Translations under genes and position numbers: made by a program
Notes under the pieces: generated by a model
The model's input: the letters and a program-made list of their open reading frames with translations, nothing else
Databases searched by the model: none
Told to the model about the DNA's origin: nothing
In this document: in pieces, positions 1 to 13,100 of the stretch
Layout of the letters: each line of letters starts with the position of its first letter
Numbering within the stretch: the first letter of the stretch is position 1
Origin: Botryllus schlosseri
Lineage: Eukaryota
Direction: 5' to 3'
Assembly: GCA_051294905.1 (NCBI GenBank)
Contig: CM119371.1
Coordinates: 35,404,001 to 35,468,000, forward strand
Length of the DNA: 64,000 nucleotides

Positions 1-563
1 GAAAAAAAAATAAAAACCATTGGTATGGAGCGTCTTAGTGAATATAAGGTATTTCAACCAAGCATGTTGCAGTCGAAATGCTGAGAAAAGGCTATCAATT
101 TGTATGGTACATGATTCGGTTTATTTTCCGAAGTGTTACGGTATGCTAGTATGGCATGTTGATATGCAGTGACAGGACTATCATTAGTGTATTCCGTTTG
201 ATTCTATTGATTCATTTGTATGTTATACATATAGCAGTTGCGCTGTCTATAGTATATTGATGCTCTTTGTTTAGATTATTTCTAAACATATGAGATATTG
301 TCAGATGGTTACGAAGCTAATTTATATCTGCAGAATAGAGTTGGAAAAAGTAAAGCGTGACATCTGTTCAAATCCTGTGTTAACACTTTAAAGTTAAAGA
401 CTTGGACTCGTTTATCGTCCTAACTGTCATATATGAAAGTGTGCCTTGATACCTGTTGCAAAAGGAGTGACAAGACATCAAATATTCTAACCATCGAGCA
501 CGACTTGAAAGATCCTAGCAGCGACATTTAAAAGAAAATATTTCATTTGATCACGAGTTTCAA

Positions 564-655
564 ATGGATATGCATGCTGGTACCGAAGATCATAAATGTG
601 AAGTATGTGAGAAATCATTTACTCTGATGGGTAGTATCAGCCGACATATGGATAT
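564..655 (+). pseudogene. Detached upstream zinc finger of the same array
   Basis: Translates as MDMHAGTEDHKCEVCEKSFTLMGSISRHMD and is in frame with ORF 1276 once the insertion and one TSD copy are removed. An in-frame TAG lies at about 516. Confidence 0.75.
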
Positions 656-1275
656 TAGGGCTGTTCAAAAATAACTTTTTTTTCCCGATTCAAGCCGTTC
701 ACCTCTTAAATCGTCAGGTTACCCTAAAAAACGCTGCACACCAAATTTGGTTCAATTCTAATAAGTATAGGGCTCCGCGGATCCAATTGAATTTTTTAAT
801 TTAAACAGGAAAATTGAAAAAAAAAAAATTCCAAATTTTTCTGCCAACCCCATGAAATTGTTGAGCTGTCTTCAAAGACGTTGCAAAACAAATTTGAGTC
901 AATTCCGACCAGTAGAAGCGGAGTTATTGGAGTTTTTCGTTGATATTTCTCGGATTATCCTTGATTGGTGGATAATCCGCGATTTATCAACGAAAAACTC
1001 ACATAACTCCGCTTCTACTGGTCGGAATTGACTCAAATTTGTTTTGCAACGTCTTTGAAGACAGCTCAACAATTTCATGGGGTTGGCAGAAAAATTTGGA
1101 ATTTTTTTTTTTTTCAATTTTCCTGTTTAAATTAAAAAATTCAATTGGATCCGCGGAGCCCTATACTTATTAGAATTGAACCAAATTTGGTGTGCAGCGT
1201 TTTTTAGGGTAACCTGACGATTTAAGAGGTGAACGGCTTGAATCGGAAAAAAAAAGTTATTTTTGAACAGCCCTA
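656..1275. mobile_element. Palindromic (foldback) hAT-type MITE, 620 bp
   Basis: Termini TAGGGCTGTTC...GAACAGCCCTA, about 300-bp nearly identical inverted arms, perfect 8-bp TSD ATGGATAT (648-655 and 1276-1283). Confidence 0.92.
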
Positions 1276-3231
1276 ATGGATATGCATACTGGCGTTAAAG
1301 ATCATAAATGCGATATATGCGGGAAAACATTTGCATTGAAGGGTACTCTCAAGCGCCATTTAGATATGCATGCTGGCGTCAAAAATCATAAATGTGAAAT
1401 ATGTGGAAAAGCATTCCCTTCAAAGGATGCCGTCAAGCTGCATTTGGACGTGCATGTTTGCATGAAAAATCATAAATGCGATATCTGTGGAAAAGCGTAT
1501 ACTTGTAATGGCTCCCTCAAGCGTCATATGGAGGTGCATGCTGGCGTCAAGCATCATGGATTTGAATGCGATATTTGTGGAAGAGCATTTTCCCGTAGGG
1601 AGCACCTCAAGTATCATATGGATTTACATGCTGGTATGAAAGATCATGAATGTGATATATGTGGGAAAGATTTTACACAGAGACGTTCCCTCGAGAGACA
1701 CATTAAGATGCACGCCGGCGTTAAAAAACACGAATGTGATGTATGTGGGAAAGCATTTAGTTGGCAGTATATGCTCTTGCAACATAAGGTGATGCATATT
1801 GGAATAAGAAATCATAAGTGTGATATATGTAAGAAAGCATTTAAATTAAAGGATGACCTCGTGCGTCATATGGTGATTCATGCTGGATTCAAAGATCATA
1901 AATGCGATATATGTGAAAAAACATTTATATCAAGGCGCTCCCTCAAGCTTCACGCGGCCAGGCATGCTGGCGTCGGTTATATATGTGATATATGTGGAAA
2001 AGCATTCCCATCAAAGAATGAAGTCAAGCTGCATTTGGACGTGCACATTTGCATGAAAAATCATAAATGCGATATTTGTGGAAAAGCTTTTAGTAGGAAG
2101 GGTGAACTGAAGCGTCATTTGGACATACACGATGGCATCAAACATGAATGTGATATATGTGGAAAATCATTTTCACGTACTGATGCCGTCAAGCTCCATT
2201 TGGAAACACATGCCGGCATGAAAAATCATAAATGCGATATTTGTGGAAAAGCTTTTTCTCAGAAGGGTAGTCTCAAGCATCATTTGGACATACATTCTGG
2301 CATCAAACATGAATGTGATATATGTGGGAAATCATTTTCACATAATAATATCGTCAAGCTTCATATGATGACGCACTATGGCGGTGAAAATTTGAAATGT
2401 GCTATATGTGGTAAAGCGTATACTTGTAAGCGCTCCTTCATGCGTCATATAGAGATGCATGCTGCTATCAAGCAACATAGATTTGAATGCGATATTTGTG
2501 GAAGAGCATTTTCCAGTAGGTATTACCTCAAGTATCATATGGATGTACATGCTGGTATCAAAGATCATGAGTGTGATATATGTGGGAAAGAGTTTACACA
2601 GAGGTGTTCCCTCGAGAAACACATGAAGATGCACGCCGGCGTGAAAAAACACAAATGCGATGTATGTGGGAAAGCATTTACTGGGAAGCATGATCTCGTG
2701 CGTCATATAGTGATGCATATTGGAATAAAAAATCATAAATGTGATCTATGTGAGAAAGCATTTCTCTCGAAGGATGATCTCGTGCGTCATATGGCAGTGC
2801 ATGCTGGATTCGAGGAACATAAATGCGATATATGTGAAAAAGCATTTATATCGAAAGGCTCCCTCAAGCTTCACTTGGCCAGGCATGCTGGTGTCACTTA
2901 TAAATGTGATATATGTGGGAAAACAGTTACTCGGAAGACTGACCTCCAGGCTCATTTGGACATGCATGCTGGCGTTAAAGATCATAAATGTGATATTTGC
3001 GGAAAAGAATTTACACAGAAGAGTCACCTCAAGACTCATTCGGCCATGCACGCTGGTATCAAAAATCATGAATGTGATATTTGTGGGAAAGCTTTTGCCC
3101 AGAAGGTTCACCTCAAGACTCATTTTGACATGCATGTTGGTATCAATTATCAATGTGATTTATGTGGGAAAGCATTTGTTTTCAAGGCGAGCGTCAATCG
3201 TCATATGGTTGCATGCCACCGTAAAAAATGA
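1276..3231 (+). CDS. Multi-C2H2 zinc-finger protein (23 tandem fingers), probably the terminal finger-array exon of a larger gene
   Basis: 651-aa ORF made of repeated C-x2-C-x12-H-x3-H units (23 counted) with AGVKDH/AGIKNH-type linkers instead of TGEKPY. One further in-frame finger lies upstream at 564-655, separated by a MITE. Confidence 0.93.
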   Translation: MDMHTGVKDHKCDICGKTFALKGTLKRHLDMHAGVKNHKCEICGKAFPSKDAVKLHLDVHVCMKNHKCDICGKAYTCNGSLKRHMEVHAGVKHHGFECDICGRAFSRREHLKYHMDLHAGMKDHECDICGKDFTQRRSLERHIKMHAGVKKHECDVCGKAFSWQYMLLQHKVMHIGIRNHKCDICKKAFKLKDDLVRHMVIHAGFKDHKCDICEKTFISRRSLKLHAARHAGVGYICDICGKAFPSKNEVKLHLDVHICMKNHKCDICGKAFSRKGELKRHLDIHDGIKHECDICGKSFSRTDAVKLHLETHAGMKNHKCDICGKAFSQKGSLKHHLDIHSGIKHECDICGKSFSHNNIVKLHMMTHYGGENLKCAICGKAYTCKRSFMRHIEMHAAIKQHRFECDICGRAFSSRYYLKYHMDVHAGIKDHECDICGKEFTQRCSLEKHMKMHAGVKKHKCDVCGKAFTGKHDLVRHIVMHIGIKNHKCDLCEKAFLSKDDLVRHMAVHAGFEEHKCDICEKAFISKGSLKLHLARHAGVTYKCDICGKTVTRKTDLQAHLDMHAGVKDHKCDICGKEFTQKSHLKTHSAMHAGIKNHECDICGKAFAQKVHLKTHFDMHVGINYQCDLCGKAFVFKASVNRHMVACHRKK

Positions 3232-3869
3232 GAAATGTGATCTATACTGGGAAAGGTGTCCTCAAGATTCATATGCTTACTATATTACGTATACTAGTGA
3301 CAATAACCATGAATAGATGTCTTCTGTAAAACGTCAACGTTTTAATGTGAAATAGTGTAAAAGCACATTTTATCGGTAGATGTGTAGATCAATGTTTCGT
3401 ACGCCACCGAGGAGGTTCCTCACATTCATAAACTTTTGGGTATTAAACCGTATACCGCTCATAAAATCAAAAGAATGGCCGAGAAATCTGTGCGTCAGCA
3501 TCGTGGCAAGTAAACTGTGTTGTAGAAACAGGCCAAGAAGAAAAAACTGCAACTTCATCACTTGTTGTTACAATGACCGAGCATCGCTACCCCATTGTTC
3601 AGCCCGTCTGTATCCTAGCCACGTTAAAACGATGGATTACGTTATTGTGAAGGGGATTTCATGTTTAATATGATCGGTAAATTGATGGTTCATCAGTATA
3701 TTATGAATAGTTTTTATTTCTTGCGCTACTTTATGACATGAGATGACATCTCTCCACTTGTCCTTGTTCGAGAAATCGATGGGGCTCTTTGGTCGTATGA
3801 CGTGCGGGTTGGATATGCTGCTTTCTACATCCTCGCTCATCAACTGCCATAGCAGAGAGTAACGAGGAT

Positions 3870-5070
3870 TTAGTGTAACAAGTCATGATAATTCTTTTAT
3901 CACTGACATGAGAACCTGTAGGCTGTATTTTAACCACGATAGTAATAACGGTCACAAGTCAATTTTTATCCCTCTAAGCCAGGGCCGGCCAACCCGTGGC
4001 CCGCGGGCCACATGTGGCCCGCGAGAAGGTTTTGAGTGGCCCGCGAGGTAATTTCCGAAATATCATCAAAAATGGATTGCACAGATTGTGAACTTGCAAG
4101 GCCAACCAAAAATTTGATTAGTCTGGCCGCAACACTTGAGATGTGATGACTAAAATATCAGTTTCGACTCATTAACATATCCATCAACCATTCACATATT
4201 GGTAGCCTATATCTTCGTACACTACAATAAAGCAGAATAATTTGCGATAGATTTATCGAAGGTAAAAAATTTCTAGAAGCTTAGCGCAATATGTTGTCAC
4301 TCGATTTTTTGTTTTTAAAATTGTTGCCCTTTTGTGCATATTGAAGAACACCCAATGTATCAGATTGAGTGTAACTATATTCGCGATTATGAGACAAAGT
4401 GTCGTTCAACATATGCGACCTTGCGTTTGCGCTCGCAGTACTGTTTGTTTTGGGGCATTCATGGTGTTTGTCGACTACTATGGTCATTTACACCACGCCG
4501 ATATTCTTCTTATTTTCCGTAACTGCCGACTTATAGCACGGCCCACCTCTAGGCTTTTTGTAAGACACCGCTGACGCGGATGAGGTGGCGAGGAGGATTG
4601 CGCTCGCAGTAAGACCGTCGACTATGAAACCTAGGCACGAAATGATTGACGCATGTTGGTCGCAGCTTTCGATATCGATATGTCCATGCGCCGAATAGCC
4701 CAGCCCTCGCAAACTTAGCCCAACGATATACAGCAGGCCCGCAATATAGTCAACTATGAACTATGAACTTCAAAAATTTTTCGCGCTTCGCGCGGATAGT
4801 GGCTCGCGCCAAAGTTCGTCAATCGAATGTGGCCCTTTGACTGAAAAGGTTGGCCAGCCCTGCTCTAAGCCTTGTTTACTGTTGCGTGTCGTGCTGTAGT
4901 TTTATGCGAGTAGCTGCTGGCATTGTCTCCGAGTTTCGTCAACGACGTATAAACATTCTCTCATGAATAAAGTAAGCGAATCACATAGTTTGAAAATCGA
5001 TCTTAATGCAGTCGTCAGGATGCGAGTGGCGGTTTACATCGATAATGAAAGTGATTGCTCCGGAATCGTC
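3870..5070 (-). pseudogene. Decayed duplicate of the DPP-like last exon and 3' UTR, split by the 3980-4862 element
   Basis: 4871-5070 aligns by eye with 7152-7352 (DDSGAITFIIDVNRHSHPDDCIKI vs DDSGTITFIPDANRYSHPGDWIKI, followed by a +1 frameshift). 3870-3960 aligns with 7039-7125. Confidence 0.8.
3980..4862. mobile_element. hAT (Charlie-like) non-autonomous element with a nested SINE fragment
   Basis: TIRs CAGGGCCGGCCAACC / GGTTGGCCAGCCCTG and 8-bp TSD CTCTAAGC (3972-3979, 4863-4870). The internal segment at about 4440-4600 matches the SINE body at about 33826-33980. Confidence 0.88.
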
Positions 5071-5076
5071 CTTCCC

Positions 5077-5850
5077 AGGGGGTGCCAACCTTTTTGCAAT
5101 TTACTGCCGCATTTCGACTACTCATTTAGCCTACGGCCGCGTTCCAGGGCAGAGTCGTAATAACTAGCTGGACGCCAAATGTCCATTGTAAAGTGTCTAT
5201 GTTCATTTCTGGTGAACTCCGAACTAATCTATTCAATGATATAGGCTTGCTATACGCACCTACGGTAACTCACGAGTGGTCTCTGGTCATGTTCTGGGTA
5301 TGGACATTTTTTCAGAATTACTATTGAATTTTGTTATTTATATTAGTAGTTTTCCATACTACTATCAATCATTTATCCTTTCTCAGCTCATGGATGTGAA
5401 AGCATTCCGGTGATCGGTCGAGTTGATGGAGGGGTGTTTTCGAAATTTAGGGCAAGCTATAAATGATGATGCATCTTCGGTAGTCCCTCTGTTGCACGCT
5501 GTTATTTTTTACCTCCCATCTGGATTGTCTGTATAGTACACGATTCCTAGTTGATATTTCTATATGGGGTGCATCATTTTCCTCTTCTGTTCGAATCTGT
5601 GATGTGGGGCTCTAATTGCAAAGGGCCCTACTATATTAAAATCGAAAAATGAACTCATATTGAAATGCGCGCTGCACGAAGAAAATTTAAAGATTTATTA
5701 AAATCGATCAATAAATTGGGAGTCAATTCGTAAATTCAAATTGTATGTCGACGGCCGCCAACACGTACTAATTGACGTGCATGTCCACGACGGCACAAAT
5801 TTCCTTTTACGGCCTCATGCGGCCGTACGGCCACAGGTTGGCCACTCATG
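5077..5850. mobile_element. Degenerate hAT-type MITE
   Basis: Ends CAGGGGGTGCCAACC ... GGTTGGCCACTCATG; the flanks GTCCTTCC/GTCTACCC match only partly. Confidence 0.5.
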
Positions 5851-6564
5851 GTCTACCCAGACCCTCCATTCGAGTTTCCCTCGACCGATTAAGAGTATTT
5901 CCATATGATTCCATTGTGTATCCGGAACGGTTAATTGGAGAGATTGAACTTTGGGTTGAACTCAAAATTGTTCAGCTCCTCAATCATTTATTGCCGAGAA
6001 ACTTGACAGAATGGACTGATTGTCCGGTGAGGAATTTCTGATTGGAAGATATCCTGGAATGAAATCACCATATCGCCGTGTAATTTTCTGATATGATTGA
6101 TTTATGTTTCCCCATCAAAATCGGGAAGTCGAGCTGGACCGGTAGTTCATGCGAGCAATTTATTGGAACAATCAATATGCAATTTCGAGCTTTGTTTGTT
6201 TAAAATTCATGTTATTCATGAAAAATTGAGCACAGACAAAAATTGCCATACAGATCGGTGTCATGATAAGCAGTTCCGCTTCACACAATTTTCCTTTACT
6301 CGTCTGGACGACAGGTGAGCCACTTCCTCGATTTGCCTTCCCTTGCCGCACGTCACTGACTGGCTGGTTGGATGGACTATGTTTTTGTATCGCCGTTCAT
6401 ATACTGAGTTTGTGTTGTCTCGGAGAAATAAAGAGTGTCATACCAAAGATTCCATTCATGGTAATGCATTCATACCGATTCGTCAACCAACAGCACATAG
6501 TCTAACGGTGGCCATCCGTAACAGTAAAACGACACTACCGTACTCATTTAAAATGAGGATATGC

Positions 6565-7019
6565 TAGGCTTACCATACGTCCTCTTTTAGGAGGATTTGT
6601 CCTCTTTTTTGACTTTTTTGAAAGTGTACTCGGAGGACGCCCTTTTGTCATCTTTTTTGAGATTTTGTCCTCTTTTTTGAAAATTGAGGTCAGATTTAGA
6701 GGAAATTGCGAGTGATATGCCGCAAATTAGCTCAGAAGTGAAGCTCCGGCAGGTATTTCGGAGGGAAAAGCGGTGATTTTAGCTCTGAGCGAAAAGAAGA
6801 CCTGTTTTTTTTTTTTTTTTTTTTAGTCATCCACCTGGCAATGTGGAGAGAAAAACGTTATTTTGAGCTCTGAGCGGAAGTGATGACTTTTTTTTTTTAG
6901 TCAACCGATCACGAAGTGGGAAAAATTTACCGGTTTTTGAGAATTCTTCTCCAGTTTTGCATGTCTGAAATTTCTGAAAAAGTGTCCTCTTTTTACATTT
7001 CCAAAATATGGTAAGCCTA
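6565..7019. mobile_element. hAT-type MITE (family also at 40313-40681)
   Basis: TIR TAGGCTTACCATA...TATGGTAAGCCTA, perfect 8-bp TSD GGATATGC (6557-6564, 7020-7027), subterminal GTCCTCTTTT repeats. It lies about 110 bp past the DPP-like stop codon. Confidence 0.9.
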
Positions 7020-7130
7020 GGATATGCGCACCTGCTGATTTAGTTAAAACAAGCCATGACACGTCTCAAATCACTGGCACGACAACATGTAGGCTAGGCT
7101 GTGCTTCGATCCAACAGTCACAAGGTAATA

Positions 7131-10100
7131 CTACTTGTTAGTCTTGTGATCCTTGTTTACTATAGTGCGTGTCGTGCTGTAATTTGTCAGGAGTAGCTGA
7201 CGTTGTGCTCTGCGGGTTTCGTCCACATCGTATAGACATTCTCTCATGAACGAAGTGACTGATTCAAATAGTTTGGACTCTATCTTTATCCAGTCGCCGG
7301 GATGAGAGTAGCGGTTGGCGTCGGGAATGAAAGTTATTGTCCCGGAATCGTCTAGCATCTCTGCGAGTAACATAGCTTCCTCCAGAAGTACCGAGTGCTG
7401 CATTGTGGATTTACCTGAGTGAAGGAACCGAATTTCACGAGTAGTTGACACCTAATAATTCACTAGTCAGTATGGCTTGGAAAATTTGTATTAACGTTCT
7501 ACAAAATATGAATATTCAATATACAATTATACATCCTTTGTCAATCGTGCCGATATCATATATTTGATCTACCATATGCATATTAGAGTCAAACCTTGAT
7601 CTTGTATGCACCTAGTCAAATTCTTGGAAATTTGTAGCGACATTATGCGGCTCATATAATATCAGGCGACATTTTTTGAAATCATATCGTTATGGTGTGG
7701 CACATCGCTCGTACGCAATGCCCAATTACCATGCATATTATGGATGTATTTCTCCTGCAATAATGCAGAATCGCCCATCTCAGCCGCTGAAGAAGGGTGT
7801 GCAGCAGACATTCCCATTTTCCTGGGGTGTTCTGCATCATCTATACTTACGGTTACTCATTCTATGGTAGACTCTCAACTTCGAATTGCGCAGCTTGGAG
7901 AATTTGTTTTTGTACTTTCGATTTTCAAGTGTGAAGGTCTGTGCGAACGGCCCGAGAATTCTCGCCGAGCCGACGGAGTCTGGTAATACATTCATGCATA
8001 TTTTCAACAAACTGTAATTTGGATAGTCGCCGATACTAAGCAGTGATCAACTATAGTCAATGATCAGTGATCTTGATCGCTCATGATAATAATGTACGGA
8101 GGTATAGGCTATAATCGTGTGTTAATGAGTATATGGTTAAAATTTCTTCGAAAGGAAACAGGAATGAGTGGGTTAAGGACAGTAATCAAAAGTAGCTACA
8201 ATTATTTCTTATGGGTAAGCTATATGGCACAGATGCTATCACATCGATAACCAGGATTACCATATTTTAGTACCCTAAAAGAGGAAATTTTTTCCGCCGA
8301 TTAAAACGAAAAACTACGAGAGATTCTGGCATGTAAATGGCCTGGATGTTACAGAGAACATCCAACAATGTTTGCAATAACAATCCTGAAGGTGGGACCG
8401 GTAGGGAAACCTTTGAGCAAGCACTTCACCATGCTTCATGGCTACAGTATTTTATGAACATAAATAAAACATCCCGCCTAAAATTGTTGTGAAAGATAAG
8501 AACATCCAACTCAAAATGCGGAAAATAGGACATCTGGGCATTATTAAGAGAGCGCAAATCCTCCAAATGACTGTATTATAGCCACGACAGTATATTGGCG
8601 ACTGGACTTTAATGGGGGACACATTGACATCATGCTGTGAGAAGGTTTCCTTTGGATTATGCAAACTTTAAGTGTGAATGGGACACAACAGACATATGAT
8701 TCGATGCTGTCTAAATAATTCAGTTATATGCTTACTGTACAGCGACCAATCTGTGACTGGGTCTATTGCTACCCCGCAAGCTATTTGATTTTCGAGACTG
8801 GCCAAGATTGTTGAGTATCCGGCGTATCCATAAATTCCCATCACCCCGGCATTCGCGCTGTCCACGTTATCAAATACATCCTCGTTTCGCTTTAGGTAAC
8901 TGAAAAGCAGTAACGTATGTGTAAGTCTTTAAGATTACATATAGTGAAAATGACATCACCCAACATAAATTGCATAAATGACTTCATCGTTGTAATACTG
9001 TGGCCTCGAACAAATAATCTCACCGTGTTCCGATTTGTAAATGACACCCTGGTTTTACATAGCTTGTAGCAGGGATTCCCAACTGACGGCTCACGGTTCG
9101 ATTGTGGACATTTTCAGTGTGGAGTCCGGACCTTACTGTCTCACTAATCACTTTTTCGTTAACAAAACTGAATCCAATACCGTTGATTTGACTAACAAAG
9201 TGATTATTAACCTTGTCTTCAGCGCCCCCTAGAGGGCGATTTCGGTTTTAAAGCGGCGGAAACAGCCGAGCAGCGATTTCTGAGGGCGCTGGGACGTTAT
9301 GGGGTTCGGTTATTATAATAATTTATTTAAATGTTGGGTTAATGCTTCATGTGCGTACTTTTAGATTGCAAAGTCTCCTTTAACAAAGTTCATTCATTAC
9401 AAATGTAATTGTCAAGTGTATTCCCGTTCGTACCAGAGAAGGATTCTGTTTAGTGGTGTGTTATGGCCCACAACCGAACATGAGTGCTATATCATTCGTG
9501 TTACTTTGTGCATACATGCTACAATTAGGGACTGGGTACAGTATTCCCGCTATTCTGCCGAACTAAATTCAATGTGAGGACACAGCATAGGTCTGCACCA
9601 CATTTGATTTACTAGCCGCACAACGCAAAAAAAAATAAATACAAATTCAAAGACGGTGTGTACGTTGGACTCATACCCGATTGGTATGATCTAATACCCG
9701 ACGGCTGTTATAACAAATAACAACCTTGGTTGTTACGGGTTGCAACGGAACCGCGGTTACAAAGGCGCTGGCGCGAATGATGAAATATGATCTCAAAATA
9801 CACGAAGCCTCGACACTCACTCCAAAACGGACATTAAATCTTCAATTGCAAGCTCCCCCGGCATTCTCGGCGAATATTCAACGCGTCCGAACGGCACATC
9901 TAAAACGTAATAGTACCGCAAATGACGGATTCACTCAAAAGCTTGAGGCATTCACACACATTTCAATTTCCAAGGATATTGAAGGAATGTAGGAACATTA
10001 CATAATCACCTGACACAATGCATTCGTTTGAAAATTGGAAATAATCCGATTTATGAAGGGGGCAAAGGAAGAATATTTTGAATCGGTCATCATAATTTGT

Positions 10101-13100
10101 CAGTATAATAATACTTTGCTGTGTATTGACTACTCAGTTCGGAACTGTATATCTGAAATGGTAGGGAAAATATTTTCAACTATACGATCACATATATATG
10201 TATACACACTGCTATTGGTAGCGGTCTACGAAGGTATATGGCGATAGCATGATAAGATATAGCTAAAAGAACTATTCATTAGTTCACTATTTATTCACCT
10301 TGGTCGATGTAAATACCTACAGCTCCTAGGTTGGCGATCACGTAGCTGGTAATGTCAAGTCGGAACCGAAGATCAGCCTGTCTAACTCCGGTTTCACCGC
10401 TGGAAGGGATGTATATTATACACAATTACACATACATGCCATCAGTCATTTTCATTGGAATAGCGATCCAGACGGGGCCTAAAAGCTTACTACTTTTGAT
10501 ACTGTTTTTACCGACAAAATCATACTATAGGCCTCATAAGTCGTGAGGAACGCCCGAAACAAATTATTGAACATTCAAGTGACATTTTTACTGAGATTGA
10601 AGACTACTAATACTCTTCCTATATTTAAAGATACGCAACCGCACAGTGGTAATCCAGCGTTTAATGGACAGGTGTTATGTCATAGCAATAGGGGATAGCC
10701 GGCAAGAAGATATTCACGGCATATTGAGCAGCAATGCATATCGTGCATGCAGCAGGGTTATAATGACTCAAGTCATGACTCGATCACGAAAAATGACTTG
10801 ACGTAGCCCGAGTAAATCTCTGCATCGACAACAATTGTACTCAAGTCATTGCGCATGAAGTGGGACAAAGTTATTCGACTCGAGACTCGGACGTCCAAGA
10901 TCGACATTTCATTGTAACTTCGAAAAAGAGTAGAGGTTACCGCACTATAGGTATTTAGTCTATTAGTACTGGTACTTGAAAATGCGACCAGCAACAGTTA
11001 AAAGTGAGGAAAATCAGTATATTATCATTGTGAAGCATCTGACATCACCAAGCAGAGTTATAGAAAGTAGGCTAAACATGACTTTAACTCGAAAGTGGAG
11101 AGTGAACACAGTGACCTGGGCTTGAACTCGAGTCATAACAGTATGTGTCGGATTCGACCCGTTGCTCGTCGACTTGGAGTCGGATTTGACTCGGTGGTGA
11201 AGTGAAAATGACTCGAATTGACTCGAGTCAAAACTAAAAAGTGAGATAGATTTGTGACTCGGAACCTTGTGACTTGGTTACAACCCTGGTGCATAACGTG
11301 TTAGCACTATTTCCGAAGGCCACTTAGGCACTTACACGACAAATATAACAGGTCTTCTTCCGAGGTGAATCGAGTATGGAAGTAGCATTTTGAAGCGTAT
11401 TTCTAAAAAAAAAACATAACATAATTCAGCGATAGGATATCCCGGTGGACATTAAATTAATTGATATCTGTTACAGCATTCATTTTAGTAAAATGCTAGG
11501 GCCAGTAATAAAGTTAATCCTTTGATTGAAATCGTTTAGTAACGCATAAATTTGGATAACATTCCTCATGAGGAGTATTTTTAGTCGTCTTGTGAAACTT
11601 TTAATCCAGCGAAGTAGGTTACCACGGTAAACAGTTTTTAATCAGACGATTAGCTTGCTCCCGGATAAGCTAACTTTGTGATCGCAGCCCTTGGTGCATC
11701 AAGATCGCGCAGGATGACTGTAGTTTAAAACTTGTAACGTCCTATTCCGTTCCTAATATATGAAAGATACAAACGAATCAATATATAATTGCACCTTCCA
11801 ATAAGATACGACTATATATTATGTAGGCATACGCTTAAGGCTACCACGAAATAATAGATTGCTTTCTTGTTTACTCAATGTTAAAGTAATATCTTATATC
11901 TAAAATAAATTTTAATTCACATTCCTGTATCTAACCTCTGCCATCTTTCAAAATGGTATGGATGCGTTTGCTCGGCAGTTGCAGCTTCCTCAGAGATTCT
12001 GGTGGTGGGACTAAGAAGTCTAATACCATTGATGCGGAGATATCACGATTCGACGAATCGGTCGTAGTGGCGGTAGCTATGAACGGCGGAAATGGACCTT
12101 TGCAAAAAAGGTATGATTAAATATAATCTTACATATGAAAAATATTGTATTAGTAACCATACATCAACCTGTATCGAAATTATGGCAGTTAATTTCATTT
12201 TGACCTTTTATTTGCAACGTAACGAATTCATGATATAACAACAAAGTCTCGTTACCCAGACACGTAACCGCAAACCATTCTGCTGTCTCTCCGAATACTG
12301 CGTCATAATACCGGCATTGCTGCGCAGTGATGACGTCATACGCAGACGTTGAATTTGATGACATGTTCCTCAGTTCGAAATCACACGACACGCACAACAT
12401 CGGACCGTTGCCGTCAGCCTGGAAAATAGTCCGACAGTTTCAGGATAGAAGGCCATGGTAGCGCAACACTGGCAGGCGGTGGTTCCGTGACATATCTCAG
12501 CCTAGTCTGAAATCCATGTCTTCGTAAGCGGCTCTGTCTACACTCTACAGTTATCCCAAATAAGCAGTACACTAATGAATATATCATACTCACATACTGG
12601 ACTGTGTTACAACGCCATTGACCAACGTCATTGACCAGAGCTGTGAAAGTGCTATAGATCACGATAAAGACTGTTTCCGAGTATACTGTTAAGGCAATAC
12701 AGATGGAATCTACAAGGCTGATAAGTAGGCATTGACATACTCGTTCCCTACACCTTATACCACTGCATGCGAATTCACACTCTCATTTCCAGCTGTAGGT
12801 AGCGTATATGTAGGCCTACGCCTATACGTCACCGATATAACTGCCGCAAAACCACGACTTTAAAGTGGCACTTTTCTAGTCGCATGATATTTGCCTTGTG
12901 CAGGCCACGTGTTTACGTTTGTATTATATACACAAGTTGGAGATAATTACCTTGATTTTGAACAGATGGTGAGAAGCGAAATTAGTCATTTCGTTAGCGG
13001 TAAAATATACGTAGTCGTCGTTGGGATCATAATACAGCAGTTTGGATACGTCCAAGCTTCCTTCAGTTAAAAACCTTATTGAAGGCGATTCCTAAATGTG

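Noticed and set aside
899..1117. 72-aa ORF, and ORFs 16872-17324 and 17255-17632
   Set aside because: They lie within foldback MITE arms and show no protein motifs.
1420..3316. Antisense and alternative-frame ORFs over the zinc-finger gene
   Set aside because: Shadow ORFs produced by the repetitive finger codons.
9930..10155. Extra DPP-like exons after acceptor-like sites at about 10010 and 10152
   Set aside because: In-frame stops in the required phase; exon 9821-9899 already supplies the expected segment.
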